Of a DNA stretch of 64,000 nucleotides, positions 30,790 to 40,740 are shown piece after piece. The notes beneath the pieces are model-generated. The model searched no databases. It was given only the letters and a program-made list of their open reading frames with translations, and was not told where the DNA came from. The first letter of the stretch is position 1. Every line of letters starts with the position of its first letter. Both the position numbers and the translations under genes were made by a program. The DNA comes from an uncultured Chloroflexia bacterium (lineage in GTDB: Bacteria > Chloroflexota > Limnocylindria > Limnocylindrales > CSP1-4), in the NCBI GenBank assembly GCA_963813335.1, contig CAWEYL010000003.1:384001-448000 (forward strand). The letters run 5' to 3'.

Positions 30790-31463
30790 GCTCGGGCTCC
30801 TTGTGGGACCGCCGCTGCTGGATGTTCGCGCAGCGACTCATCGTCGGGGACGTAGGTGTAGCGACGCCCGCAATCGGGGCAGGACAGGTCCGGGTCGCGC
30901 GCATAGCGCTCGACGTCCGGGGGTGCGGCGTGGCCGGTCGAATCGACCAGGCGGGCGCCACAGGCGCAGACCCAGCCGAGGCGCCGGGCCGGGTTGCCGA
31001 CCACGAGCGCGAAGCTGCCGACCGGCTTCGTGACGATGGCGCCGGCGCCGACCATCGCGAACGGGCCGATGTCGCAGCCGGCCACGACCACCGCGCCGGC
31101 GCCGATCGACGCGCCGTCGCTGATGGCGATCGGGGTCACGGTCCAGTCGGCGGCCCGGGCCAGGTCGCCGGTCGAGGTGACGGCGCGCGGGTGGCGGTCG
31201 TTGGTGAGGATGGCGCCGGGGCCGATGAAGACGCCGTTGCCGATCGTGACGCCGTGGTAGATGAGCGCCCCGTTCTGGATCTTCACCCGGTCGCCGATGA
31301 CGACGCCTTCGTCGATGAACGCGTCGCGGCCGACGACGCAGTCGGCGCCGAGCGTCGCGCCGGTCCGCACCTGGGCGCGCTGCCAGATGGCGGTGCCCGG
31401 GCCGACGGTCACGTCGGGTTCAAGGTCGGCACTCGCGTGGACGCGAGCCGAGGGATCGATCAC
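30786..31463 (-). CDS. Hexapeptide-repeat N-acetyltransferase (WbpD-like) with Cys-containing C-terminus
   Basis: IGDRVKIQN, TNDRHPR, VGNPAR, WVCACG...CPDC. Confidence 0.9.
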   Translation of the reverse strand: MIDPSARVHASADLEPDVTVGPGTAIWQRAQVRTGATLGADCVVGRDAFIDEGVVIGDRVKIQNGALIYHGVTIGNGVFIGPGAILTNDRHPRAVTSTGDLARAADWTVTPIAISDGASIGAGAVVVAGCDIGPFAMVGAGAIVTKPVGSFALVVGNPARRLGWVCACGARLVDSTGHAAPPDVERYARDPDLSCPDCGRRYTYVPDDESLREHPAAAVPQGARA

Positions 31464-31560
31464 GGGGGCGTGGGCTCCTGACAGTCGTCGATGGGTGTTC
31501 GAGTATAGCCGAAGGCCCCCGCCGCCCCGGCGACGGCGGCCGCCTTGGCGGCGCGTGCGG

Positions 31561-32262
31561 TCAACGGCGACGCAGGAGGCCCATGGTCACGCCGAGCGCG
31601 GCCCCGAGGGCGAGCGCGCCGCGCCAGTCCAGCAGCGTGCGGACGTTGCCCTCGACGCGGCCCGCGATGAGCACGAGCACGCCGGTGTTTCGCTCGAAGG
31701 TGGCCTGCCCGGTGATGACCGTGCCGATGAGGCCCTGGTCGACGTGCGCCTGGCGGGCGAGCAGCGTGCGCGCCGCCCCCTGCGTCAGCCGGAGCTCGTC
31801 GGCCAGGCCGATCCCGAGCCCGCCCAGCTCGACCGAGACGCGCTTGCCGCGCGCGAGCGCGACGCCGCCCTGGCTGACGGCGACGTCCTCGGCTTCGACG
31901 CTCAGGATCCCGCCCTGGTGGACGTCGACGTGCTCGGCGGTGACGTTGCGCAGGCCGCCCTGGGTGACCGAGATGGATTCGGCGCGGGCGTCGCGTGCAC
32001 CGCCGTTGGTGATCGAGATCGACAGGGCCTGGAGGTCGCGCGCGCCCCCGTCGACGATCTCGAGGCGCTCGACCGGCGCGGTCGTGGCCGCGGTGGCGGC
32101 CGGCGCCGCGGCTGTCGTCGCCATGACCGGGGCCGGGGCCCGCTTCGCGGTCGGCGCGGCGGTCTTCGCCGCCGCGGCCCGTGTCGTGGCGGCCGGCTTG
32201 GCCGTGCTGGTCCGCGGCGCCTTCGCCTTCGGCGACGGTGTGGTGGGGTCGGTGTCAGCCAT
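31561..32262 (-). CDS. Hypothetical protein with eight 15-aa repeats and a C-terminal membrane anchor
   Basis: Ala/Lys/Thr-rich N-terminus, tandem (V/I)x(V/I)xQGG-like repeats, hydrophobic tail ending RRR. Confidence 0.75.
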   Translation of the reverse strand: MADTDPTTPSPKAKAPRTSTAKPAATTRAAAAKTAAPTAKRAPAPVMATTAAAPAATAATTAPVERLEIVDGGARDLQALSISITNGGARDARAESISVTQGGLRNVTAEHVDVHQGGILSVEAEDVAVSQGGVALARGKRVSVELGGLGIGLADELRLTQGAARTLLARQAHVDQGLIGTVITGQATFERNTGVLVLIAGRVEGNVRTLLDWRGALALGAALGVTMGLLRRR

Positions 32263-32441
32263 GGGGTCCCTCGACGGCTCAGCGCCTCGGCGCGGGTGTT
32301 GACGTTCGGGACCAGCGTACTCGCCACCCGGCCGGGTCGCACCGATGCCGCGCCGGAGGCCGAACTTCGAGACCTCATGTATCCTCCGCCGCGACGCAGC
32401 CTCCCCAGGGCCGCGACAGGGGTTAGCGAGGGGTCCGCATC

Positions 32442-33656
32442 GTGGCGACGATGAATCGTCCGTTGGCGCTCGGCATCGGGGCCGTCGCCCTGATCGCCGT
32501 GGTCGGAGGCGCGGTCGTCGCCGGCGGCGGCGCATCGTCGAGCCCCGGGCCGTCGGGCAGCAGTGCCGCGCAGGTCACCACGTCGCCATCGCCGACGCTC
32601 TCGGGCGAGCCGACCGCCTCGCCGTCGCCGACCGCCTCGCCGTCGCCGTCGCCCACCCCATCCCCGACGCCGATCCCGACTCCCGTCCTGGTGCCCGACC
32701 CGCTCACCGGCCGGATGGTCACCCAGGCGGTCGCGAACCGGCGCCCGATCGCGATCATGATCGACGACCTCGGCCCGGCGCGGCCGCAATCCGGGTTCAA
32801 CGCCGCGTCCGTCGTGTGGCAGGCCCCGGCCGAGGGCGGGATCCCGCGCTACATGATGATCTTCAACTCGACCATCCCGGGCCTGGTCGGCCCGGTCCGC
32901 AGCTCGCGGTTCTACTTCATCACCTGGGCCGCCGAGTGGAAGGCGCTCTACGGCCACGTCGGCGGCTCGCCGCAGGCGATGTCGACGCTGCTGTCGAAGG
33001 GCAGCGGGCAGTACGTCTACAACGCGGACGAGTTCCGTTGGGGCGGCTCCTACTGGCGGATCAAGACGCGGTTCGCCCCCCACAACATGTACACCGACGG
33101 GAAGCACCTGCGCCGCCTGGCGGTGAAGGTCGGCGCCAAGGACGGCCCGGTCAAGGCGCACTGGCAGTTCGCGCCCGACGCGCCCCTCGAGGCGCGGCCG
33201 CAGGGCGGCACGATCGTCCTGACCTACCCCCAGAACAAGATCACCTACAAGTACGACCGGGCGACCAACACGTACCTGCGGTCCGTGACCGGCGAGCCCA
33301 AGCAGATCGACAAGGCCGACGGCAAGCGGGTCGCGCCCAAGAACGTCGTGATCATGAACATGATCTTCGGGCCGCTCAACGACGGGCACCCCAACAAGCA
33401 CCGCCTCGAGGCCAACGTCGTCGGCACCGGCAAGGCCTGGATCTCCACGAACGGGAAGACCATCAAGGGCACGTGGAGCAAGAAGTCGAACACGGCGCCG
33501 ACGCTCTTCTTCGACTCGGCCGGCAAGCCGGTCACGCTGACCGTGGGGCAGACCTTCGTGCAGGTCATGCGCATCGGGTCGGGCTACGCGATCTCCATCA
33601 AGGACGGCAAGGTCCCGACGGCCTCGCCCTCGCCGAGCGCCAGCACCTCGAACTGA
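32442..33656 (+). CDS. DUF3048 (YerB-like) exported protein
   Basis: PLTG, RPIAIMIDD, ARPQSG, AEGGIPR, GPVRS, APHN. Confidence 0.88.
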   Translation: MATMNRPLALGIGAVALIAVVGGAVVAGGGASSSPGPSGSSAAQVTTSPSPTLSGEPTASPSPTASPSPSPTPSPTPIPTPVLVPDPLTGRMVTQAVANRRPIAIMIDDLGPARPQSGFNAASVVWQAPAEGGIPRYMMIFNSTIPGLVGPVRSSRFYFITWAAEWKALYGHVGGSPQAMSTLLSKGSGQYVYNADEFRWGGSYWRIKTRFAPHNMYTDGKHLRRLAVKVGAKDGPVKAHWQFAPDAPLEARPQGGTIVLTYPQNKITYKYDRATNTYLRSVTGEPKQIDKADGKRVAPKNVVIMNMIFGPLNDGHPNKHRLEANVVGTGKAWISTNGKTIKGTWSKKSNTAPTLFFDSAGKPVTLTVGQTFVQVMRIGSGYAISIKDGKVPTASPSPSASTSN

Positions 33657-33657
33657 G

Positions 33658-34989
33658 TCAGGCCCGCCGGATCCCCACGTCGGCGTAGACGGCACGGGTC
33701 TCGGCCGCCACCTGCGCCCACGTCCGCCGCTCGGTCGTCGCGCGCCGTCGAGCCGCCGCGGCCAGGCGACCGTGGACGCGGTCGTCGGCCCAGATCGTGC
33801 GCAAGGCGGTGGCCAGCCGGTCCGCGTCGCGCGCCTCGACCAGCACCCCGGCCGTCCCGACGATCCCGGGCAGGATCCCCACCGCCGACGCGACCACCGG
33901 CGTCGCGCACGCGATCGCCTCGGTGGCGGCCAGCCCGGCCGCGTCGGAGACCTCGGGGAGGATGGCGGCCCGGGCGCCGCGCAGCAGGCCGGCCGCGCTG
34001 GTCGTGGTCATGGCCGGGGCGTAGGCCAGGCACTCCCCGATGCCCTGCCGGGCGGCGACGCGGGCCAGCGACGCCCGGTCCTCGGGGCTCGCGCCGAGGA
34101 GCACGATGCGAGGCGGCCAGGCGACCCCGTCCGGCAGGCCGGCCGGACGGCCGGCCGCGGCGAGGGCGGCCAGCGCGCGCAGGAGCGTGGCGAGGTCCTG
34201 GCGCGCGTCGTAGCGCCCCGGATAGACCAGGTAGCGGCCGCCCAGCCCGAGCCGGTCGAGCTCGGCGGTGGCGTCGTCGTCCGCCACCGACGGTCCCGCG
34301 GAGCCGCGACCCGGCGCCGGGGTGAACGCCGGGCGTGGGGCGAGCGGGATCACCCGGATCCGATCGGGGCGGATGTGGAGCAGCCGTCGCGCGGCGGTCT
34401 TCACGGCCGGCCCGGCCACGATCACCGCGGCGGCGTCGCGCAGCAGGCGGCCGCGCAGGCGCTGCCCGAACCGTGCCGCCGCCGTGCGCCCGAAGGCCTC
34501 CGGCAGCTCCCAGGGCGCCAGGTCGAGCAGCGTCGCCACGATCGGGAGTCCGGAGGCGATGGGCAGCGGTCCGGCGCCGGCCGTGTGGTAGATCGCGCCG
34601 GCGGCCCCGCCCCGCTCGGCATGCCAGGCCGCGCCGAGCGATGCCCCGCGCAGCAGGAACGGGTCGACGGTCATCGCCCCGGAGCGGAGCAGGTGGGTGG
34701 GCGGCAGCAGCCGGCGGCCGACCACCGTGAGCCCACCGTAGGCGGGGGTCGGGTCGTCCAGGTCGCTGCGCAGGAGGAAGGCGAACGATTCGCCCTCCAC
34801 GGGGTCGTCGTCGTACGCCCCAAGGAGCGCGTCCAGGTACGCCGCCGTGACCGGGGCGCGCGGCGGTTCCTGGAGGGGCCGCGCATCGAGCACGACCCGC
34901 ACGCCCGGCGACCGGCCCGGCCCGGTCGGGCCGCTGGCGAGGGTCTCGCGCTTCGGCGGGTCGGGCACGGGACCGCCCGGACCGGTCAT
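33658..34989 (-). CDS. Glycosyltransferase family 4 (mannosyltransferase-like, divergent)
   Basis: LDARPLQ, TLLDLAP, EAIACATPVVAS. Confidence 0.8.
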   Translation of the reverse strand: MTGPGGPVPDPPKRETLASGPTGPGRSPGVRVVLDARPLQEPPRAPVTAAYLDALLGAYDDDPVEGESFAFLLRSDLDDPTPAYGGLTVVGRRLLPPTHLLRSGAMTVDPFLLRGASLGAAWHAERGGAAGAIYHTAGAGPLPIASGLPIVATLLDLAPWELPEAFGRTAAARFGQRLRGRLLRDAAAVIVAGPAVKTAARRLLHIRPDRIRVIPLAPRPAFTPAPGRGSAGPSVADDDATAELDRLGLGGRYLVYPGRYDARQDLATLLRALAALAAAGRPAGLPDGVAWPPRIVLLGASPEDRASLARVAARQGIGECLAYAPAMTTTSAAGLLRGARAAILPEVSDAAGLAATEAIACATPVVASAVGILPGIVGTAGVLVEARDADRLATALRTIWADDRVHGRLAAAARRRATTERRTWAQVAAETRAVYADVGIRRA

Positions 34990-35783
34990 CGCCCGCCGCG
35001 CCGCCGCAGCAAGCGGTCGCGCAGCTCCTCGGCGCGGAGCTGGACGACGACCACGAGCGCCTCGACGATGATCCGGCGCGACATCTTGCTCTGGCCGACG
35101 CGGCGGTCGCGGAAGGTGATGGGGATCTCGCTGATGCGGGCGCCGGCGCGATCGGCGCGGAAGGTCATCTCGATCTGGAAGACGTAGCCGCCGGCGTGGA
35201 CCCCGTCGAACGGGACCTCGGCGAGGGTCGAGGCCCGCCACGCCTTGAAGCCACCGGTGAGGTCCCGGGGGCCGAGCCACAGCACGGTCCGGGCGAAGAC
35301 GCTCCCGCCGCGCGAGATCACCCGGCGCGGGAGCGACCAGTCGGTCACGCCGCCGCCCGGCGTGTAGCGCGAGCCGATGACGAGGTCCGCCGCTCCGTGG
35401 ACGACCGGCTCGATGAGCTCCGGCAGCACGGCCGGGTCGTGGCTGAAGTCGGCGTCCATCTGGACGACGATCTCGGCGCCGCCCTCGAGCGCGCGGGCGA
35501 AGCCGTCGAGGTAGGCCCGACCGAGGCCGGCCTTGACCGAGCGGTGGCGGACGCGGATCCGGGCATCGGCCGCCGCCATCTCGTCGGCCAGGCGTCCGGT
35601 GCCGTCGGGCGACCCGTCGTCGACGACGAGCAGGGTCGCGCCCGGGAGCGCCGCGAGGATGGCCGCGCCGATCGGGCCGATGTTCTCGGCTTCCTGGTAG
35701 GTGGGGAGCACGACCCAGACGCCCGTCCCCGGCAGCCGCTCGCCGACGATCGCGCCGGCTCGGGCGGGGGATGGGTCGGTCAT
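34986..35783 (-). CDS. Polyprenol-monophosphomannose synthase-like GT2
   Basis: PTYQE, VDDGSPDGT, QMDADFSH, DLTGGFK, GYVFQIE. Confidence 0.92.
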   Translation of the reverse strand: MTDPSPARAGAIVGERLPGTGVWVVLPTYQEAENIGPIGAAILAALPGATLLVVDDGSPDGTGRLADEMAAADARIRVRHRSVKAGLGRAYLDGFARALEGGAEIVVQMDADFSHDPAVLPELIEPVVHGAADLVIGSRYTPGGGVTDWSLPRRVISRGGSVFARTVLWLGPRDLTGGFKAWRASTLAEVPFDGVHAGGYVFQIEMTFRADRAGARISEIPITFRDRRVGQSKMSRRIIVEALVVVVQLRAEELRDRLLRRRGGR

Positions 35784-35811
35784 CGCCGGCAAGTGTACGG
35801 GCCGCTGCCCG

Positions 35812-38316
35812 TCAATGAGGCCTGACCACGATCTTGCTGACGGCCTCGGTGGTCCCGAACCGGCTGGTCGCGCGGACCACGAGGCGATAGGTCCCGGGCG
35901 CGGCCCACGAGCCGGCGTCGCTCTTGCCGTCCCACGTCGGGGCCACGCTGCCGCGCAACGCGGCCCGGTCGGCCCAGATGGTCCGGACGAGGGTCGTGCC
36001 GTGGTAGACCCCCACCTTGAGGCGGGCGTCGCGGAGGAGGCTGATCGTGGCCCTGGCCGTCTCCTTGCCGCGCGGGTCGAACGAGGCGACGGACCAGGCC
36101 GCCGAGCGGATGGTCCGGTCGACGAGGACCGTCGCGTCGCGCACGGTCCGGTTGCCGGCCGCGTCGAACCCGTCGATGCGCAGGGTGTAGCGGCCATCGC
36201 GGACGAGGCCGCCGCCCGGGCGGGTCCCGGTCCAGCCGGTCGTCCACGCCGCCCTCGCGGCGACCGTCCAGCGGCGGATGGCCGCGCCGGACGGGTCGAG
36301 CAGGCTGACCGACCCGCTGAGCGGCTCGGTCGACGTCCAGCCCAGGCTGATGCGGGCCGTGGGACCGGCGACGCCCGGCGTCAGGAACCAGGGCGCGACC
36401 GATGGCGTGACCGACGCGCGCCTGCGGTCGACGACCACGTCGAACGAGCGCTTCGCGCGGTTGTTCGAGGCGTCGGCGGCCCACAGGGTGATGCGGTAGC
36501 GCCCGTCGCGGACGACCCTGGACCCCGGTCCCGTGCCGGTCCACGTGAACGACGGCGCGCGGCCGGGAACGGACCCGTTGCGGATCGCCTTGCCCACCTT
36601 GCTGCCGCTCAGCGGCGCGACCGAGTAGCCCCAGCGGACGAGGCCCGTGACCGTGAGCCGCATCGTGACCGTGTCGCCGTGGCCGTTGCCGTCGGGCGAG
36701 AACCGTGCGGCCGAGATCGTCGCGGCGCCGATGGCCGGCGGGACCTTGTCGGTGATGAACTTGGCCTTGAGCGCCGCGTAGAGCTCGGGCCGGCTGCCGT
36801 CGTAGCCGAGCGCCCAGATGCCGACGCCGCGCAGCCCCGCCCGGTTGACGAGGTCGTACTTCGCCTTGAGCGCGGTGACGTCGTCGAAGTAGAGCTGGCG
36901 CCACGGCTTCACGCAGCCATAGGCCGTCGTGCAGTTCTCGCGCCGGTAGGCGATCCACGAGACGCCCTCGACCGGGTCGTACTTGCGCCCGTAGGCCAGC
37001 GCGAACTCACGGGCGATCGCGTACGGGATGGCGACCGAGGCGCCGTACTTCGTGCCCGAGATGTTCGTCGAGTGGAGCGCCTGGTCCGCGGTCGACCAGG
37101 CCCGCCCGTAGTAGGGCACGCCGAGGATGACCTTCGAGGCCGGGATCCGCGCCAGGTAGGCCGCCACCGTGTCCGAGATGTCGTAGGCCGGCCCGCCGAT
37201 CGGGGCGACCGACCCGACGGGGCTCGAGCCCGCCGTCCGATAGTCGTAGCCCATGATGACCACGGCATCCGCGGCACCCCGGGCGGTGCCGTCCTTGATC
37301 GGGTAGTTCCCGATCCAGCCGGTCGTGTCGAACGTGAGCTGATAGCCCTTGGCGACCTTGTTCAGCTGGGATCGCACCGCCCGGACGAGCGACGTGAACT
37401 CGTCGGCGTAGCCCGAGGCGATCGGCTCGAAGTCCAGGTTCACGCCGTCGGCGCCCCGGTCCCGGACGGCCTGCGCGATCTGGCGGGCGAGGCGGCTGCG
37501 GTAGGCGGGACTGCCGAGGAGGGACTTCTGGCGGGCGAGCCCGCTCGAGGTCCAGGCGAAGCTCTGCACGGTCAGGACGACCCGCGCGCCGCTCCCATGC
37601 GCGGCGTTGATGACGCTCGTCATCCGCGAGCTGGTCCAGCCGCTCCAGCCGACCGTCGGCGAGCCGCCCGCGCCCTTCTTCTGGAGGTTGCCGGTGCCGT
37701 CCGCGCCGACGCCGAAGTAGGCGACGGTCGAGATCTTCTCCCAGTCGAGCCGGGTGGAGCTGTCGGCCAGCTCCCAGTACGGCAGGAAGCCGAAGACCTC
37801 GCGGCGAAGGCCGCCCGGGTCGACCGCGGCGGCGAGCTCGAAGGTTGGCTGGCCGGCGGTGCCGTCCCAGGTCGCGCTGGCGGCGTCGATCACGGTGGAC
37901 GGGTCGACGACGGGCCGGTCGTCGCCGACGGAGACGGTCGCGACGGCGTCGCCGCCGGGGTCGGCTGCGGCCGTCGGGGCATCGCGCATCGTGCTCCCCG
38001 AGACGCGCCCCGATGGCAGGTCCCTGGGCGACCCGCCGTCGACGGGCCAGCGATCGGTGGCGCGTGGCGTGAACGGGACCGTCACCCGGCCGCCCGGCTT
38101 GAACGCGATGCGATCGCCGGCATGGGCGAGCGCCTCCTGGTATTGCACGGTCGGCTGGATGCCGGGGCTCGCGGGGCCGGTCGTGGTGGCCGCCTCGGCG
38201 CCATCGGCGCCGGCGGGCGGCAGGCCGACCAGCGCGAGCAGGCCCAGCGCGAGCGCGAGGCGGCGGGGCGTGCGGGCGGGCACGTGGTGGTGAGCGATCG
38301 GCACGACGGTCCTCAT
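35812..38316 (-). CDS. Secreted GH18 glycoside hydrolase with C-terminal FlgD-like Ig domains
   Basis: Signal peptide; DGVNLDFE, IMGYDY, GVPYYG, GIWALG; FSPDGNG..., WTG...DGRY repeats. Confidence 0.88.
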   Translation of the reverse strand: MRTVVPIAHHHVPARTPRRLALALGLLALVGLPPAGADGAEAATTTGPASPGIQPTVQYQEALAHAGDRIAFKPGGRVTVPFTPRATDRWPVDGGSPRDLPSGRVSGSTMRDAPTAAADPGGDAVATVSVGDDRPVVDPSTVIDAASATWDGTAGQPTFELAAAVDPGGLRREVFGFLPYWELADSSTRLDWEKISTVAYFGVGADGTGNLQKKGAGGSPTVGWSGWTSSRMTSVINAAHGSGARVVLTVQSFAWTSSGLARQKSLLGSPAYRSRLARQIAQAVRDRGADGVNLDFEPIASGYADEFTSLVRAVRSQLNKVAKGYQLTFDTTGWIGNYPIKDGTARGAADAVVIMGYDYRTAGSSPVGSVAPIGGPAYDISDTVAAYLARIPASKVILGVPYYGRAWSTADQALHSTNISGTKYGASVAIPYAIAREFALAYGRKYDPVEGVSWIAYRRENCTTAYGCVKPWRQLYFDDVTALKAKYDLVNRAGLRGVGIWALGYDGSRPELYAALKAKFITDKVPPAIGAATISAARFSPDGNGHGDTVTMRLTVTGLVRWGYSVAPLSGSKVGKAIRNGSVPGRAPSFTWTGTGPGSRVVRDGRYRITLWAADASNNRAKRSFDVVVDRRRASVTPSVAPWFLTPGVAGPTARISLGWTSTEPLSGSVSLLDPSGAAIRRWTVAARAAWTTGWTGTRPGGGLVRDGRYTLRIDGFDAAGNRTVRDATVLVDRTIRSAAWSVASFDPRGKETARATISLLRDARLKVGVYHGTTLVRTIWADRAALRGSVAPTWDGKSDAGSWAAPGTYRLVVRATSRFGTTEAVSKIVVRPH

Positions 38317-38435
38317 CCGGGTGGCGGCGGTCGTTCGACGCTACCCCTCGGCGGCGCCCGCGGGTAGGCGACGAAGGTCCCGGTGCGGACTGGTACGGTG
38401 CGGTCTGGTGGGGAGCGGGTCGGTCCCCCGCGGGC

Positions 38436-40740
38436 CTAGTGGAGCGGCAGGTTCAGGTTCGTGTAGGACTTGCGCCCGGCCGCGTCGGCGCCGTAGACGC
38501 GCAGCTTGAGCGTGCCCGTCCCGCCGCCCGTCTTCAGGTAGAAGACCGCGCGATACGTGTTCGCGGCCGTCTTGGTCATCGCCATGCTCCATGCCGCCTT
38601 GCCGGGCTGGACGATCGAGATCCGCGGCGCCGCCTTCTGCGTCTCGGCCGAGGTCGCGTAGACGATCATCTTCTGGCCGCGGGCCGGGGTGGAATCGCCG
38701 ACCCGGAAGCCGTAGGCGTTCATCTCGAAGGCGACCGCCTGCGTGCTCGTGGTCAGCGCATCGGTCGTGGTCACGACCGAGGTGTACCTGCCGATCGGCA
38801 GGCGGCCCGAGGCGTCGCTCTTCATGGCGTCGTAGCTGCGCGTGTACGAGCCGGCGTCCTGTGCCTGGGCATCGACGAGCGTGTCGACCACGGTGCCGGC
38901 GGCGTCGCGGATCGTCCAGGTCACGGTCGCCGGATGGAGGAGCCGGTAGCCCAGCACGGTCGTCGCGGCGTACTGGTCGCCGTCCTGCGGGTAGAAGAGG
39001 GTCCGCGACGTCGTCACGAACCCGAGCGTCGTGCTCACGCGGACCGGCCGGGCGATCGCGGACCCGGTGTTGCCGACCGAGTCCGTCAGGGTGAACCGGA
39101 CGTCGTACAGGCCGTCGGCGACGACCGTTCCGCCGCTGTCGCGGCCGTCCCAGCTCATGACCGGCGAGCCCGCCTTGACCGCGACGGCGATCTTGCGGAC
39201 CAGGGTGTCGGCGCCGTCGACGACGCGCATCGTCAGCGTCCCCGCTTCCGGCGCCACCGAGGTGAAGGCGACGGTCTCGCGCAGCCCGTCGCCGTTGGGG
39301 CTGATCAGGCCCTCCGGATCGGCGGCGGGCGTGACCGCGCCGAGCTCGGGCGCGACGGTGTCGACGGTGAGCGTGCCGGCGGTGGACGTGGACGCGTTGC
39401 CCCAGCCGTCGACGGCGTCGACGCTGACCGCGTACGCGCCGTCCGCGACCGTGACCCCGCCCGAGGTGCCGCCCCAGGTCAGGCTGAACGTCGCGCCGGT
39501 CCCGGTCGCGGTCTTGATCGTGCTGCCGTCGGCCCGCTTGACCGTGGCCGTCCAGGCGGCCGATTCGGAGAGGTTCCCGGAGATCGTCGCGGTGTCGGTC
39601 ACGCCGTCGCCATTGGGCGAGAAGCGCGCGGCGCCGCCGTCGACGCCCCAGACGCGCGGGGCGGCGCTGTCCTTGGGGACCAGGTCGCCGGCCGCCACCC
39701 AGCCGTCGATCGAGGGGTCGTCCAGGCCCTGGACGTGGACCGCCGTGCCGGCGACCACGGCCGTCGCCATGCTGCTCACGACGTGCAGGCGCGTGCCGGC
39801 CGGCAGGACCGCGGGCGGGTCGCCCTCGGCGGCGGGGGTGAGCGCCGAGCTGTCGAAGAGCGCGGCGCCGGCCGGGCCGGCCGCCGCGTTGCCGGGCACG
39901 ACGAGCCTGGTCGGGTCAAGGCTCGTGTCGGCCCACGTCGCGCCGGTGACGTCGTCGGTCGTCAGGCCCGGCTTCGCGACGAGCGAGCGGTAGTAGCCCG
40001 CCGTCGAGCTATCGGTGTCGGTGTAGGCCGTGGCGCCCGACGTGCGGGAGGACGCGAACGACTTGACGTGGTCGTGGAAGTTCGGGGCGCTCCGCCAGAC
40101 CTCCTCGATGGTGGCGTGGGTGGTGAACAGCGCCCGGATGTACGGCTCGGGGTTGCCGTGCCCGTCGGCGATGACCGCGCGCGCCCGGCCGCCCTTGAGG
40201 AAGCCCGCGCCGTAGTTGTCGACCCGCTGGCGGGCCACGGTCACGGACGGGGCCGCGTTGCCCGGCTCCGAGTTGCCCGACGCGTAGCACAGGTGGCTCA
40301 GGATCGACGACCGCGTTCGGCGCCAGGGCGAGCGTCGAGACATAGGGCTCGCCGTAGTACTGGTTGTTGTAGTCGCCGTTGCCGGCGGTGGCGTTGAGCC
40401 CGAAGCCGTCCTTGGTCGTGTACTTCGAGTCGTAGGTGTACGGGCTCGGCCATCCGTTGCCGTGGCCGAAGTAGATGACGATCGAGGCGCCGGTCGTCGC
40501 CGACTTGACCTTCGACCAGGTCGCGTTCGGGCTGTAGACCTTGACGACGTTCGAGGTGTACTTGATCGCCTCGGCGTAGGCGCGGTCGGCGTCCGCGCGA
40601 TACGAGGCGGTCGCGCCGTGCGTGGCCCCGACGATGATCACCACCTTGGCTCCCGCGGGAGCGGCCGCGCTCGCGGCCGGGGCGAACGCGCCCAGGGCGG
40701 CGAGCATGGCGAGCAGCAGGGCGGCGACGAGTCTGCGCAA
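38436..40740 (-). CDS. Secreted multidomain protein: putative His/Cys caspase/gingipain-fold domain, SH3b-like segment, FlgD-like Ig domains; frameshift near 40306
   Basis: Signal peptide; IYFGHGNG and, after frame correction, VVILSHLCYASG; GWVAAGDL; FSPNGDG, ISPNGDG, FYPQDGD repeats. Confidence 0.75.

Noticed and set aside
32570-32690. Tandem tcgccg-type repeats (also near 10270-10320, 52310-52380, 55860-55980)
   Set aside because: Encode Ser/Pro/Thr or Ala/Glu linkers within CDSs; no repeat-spacer structure, so not CRISPR
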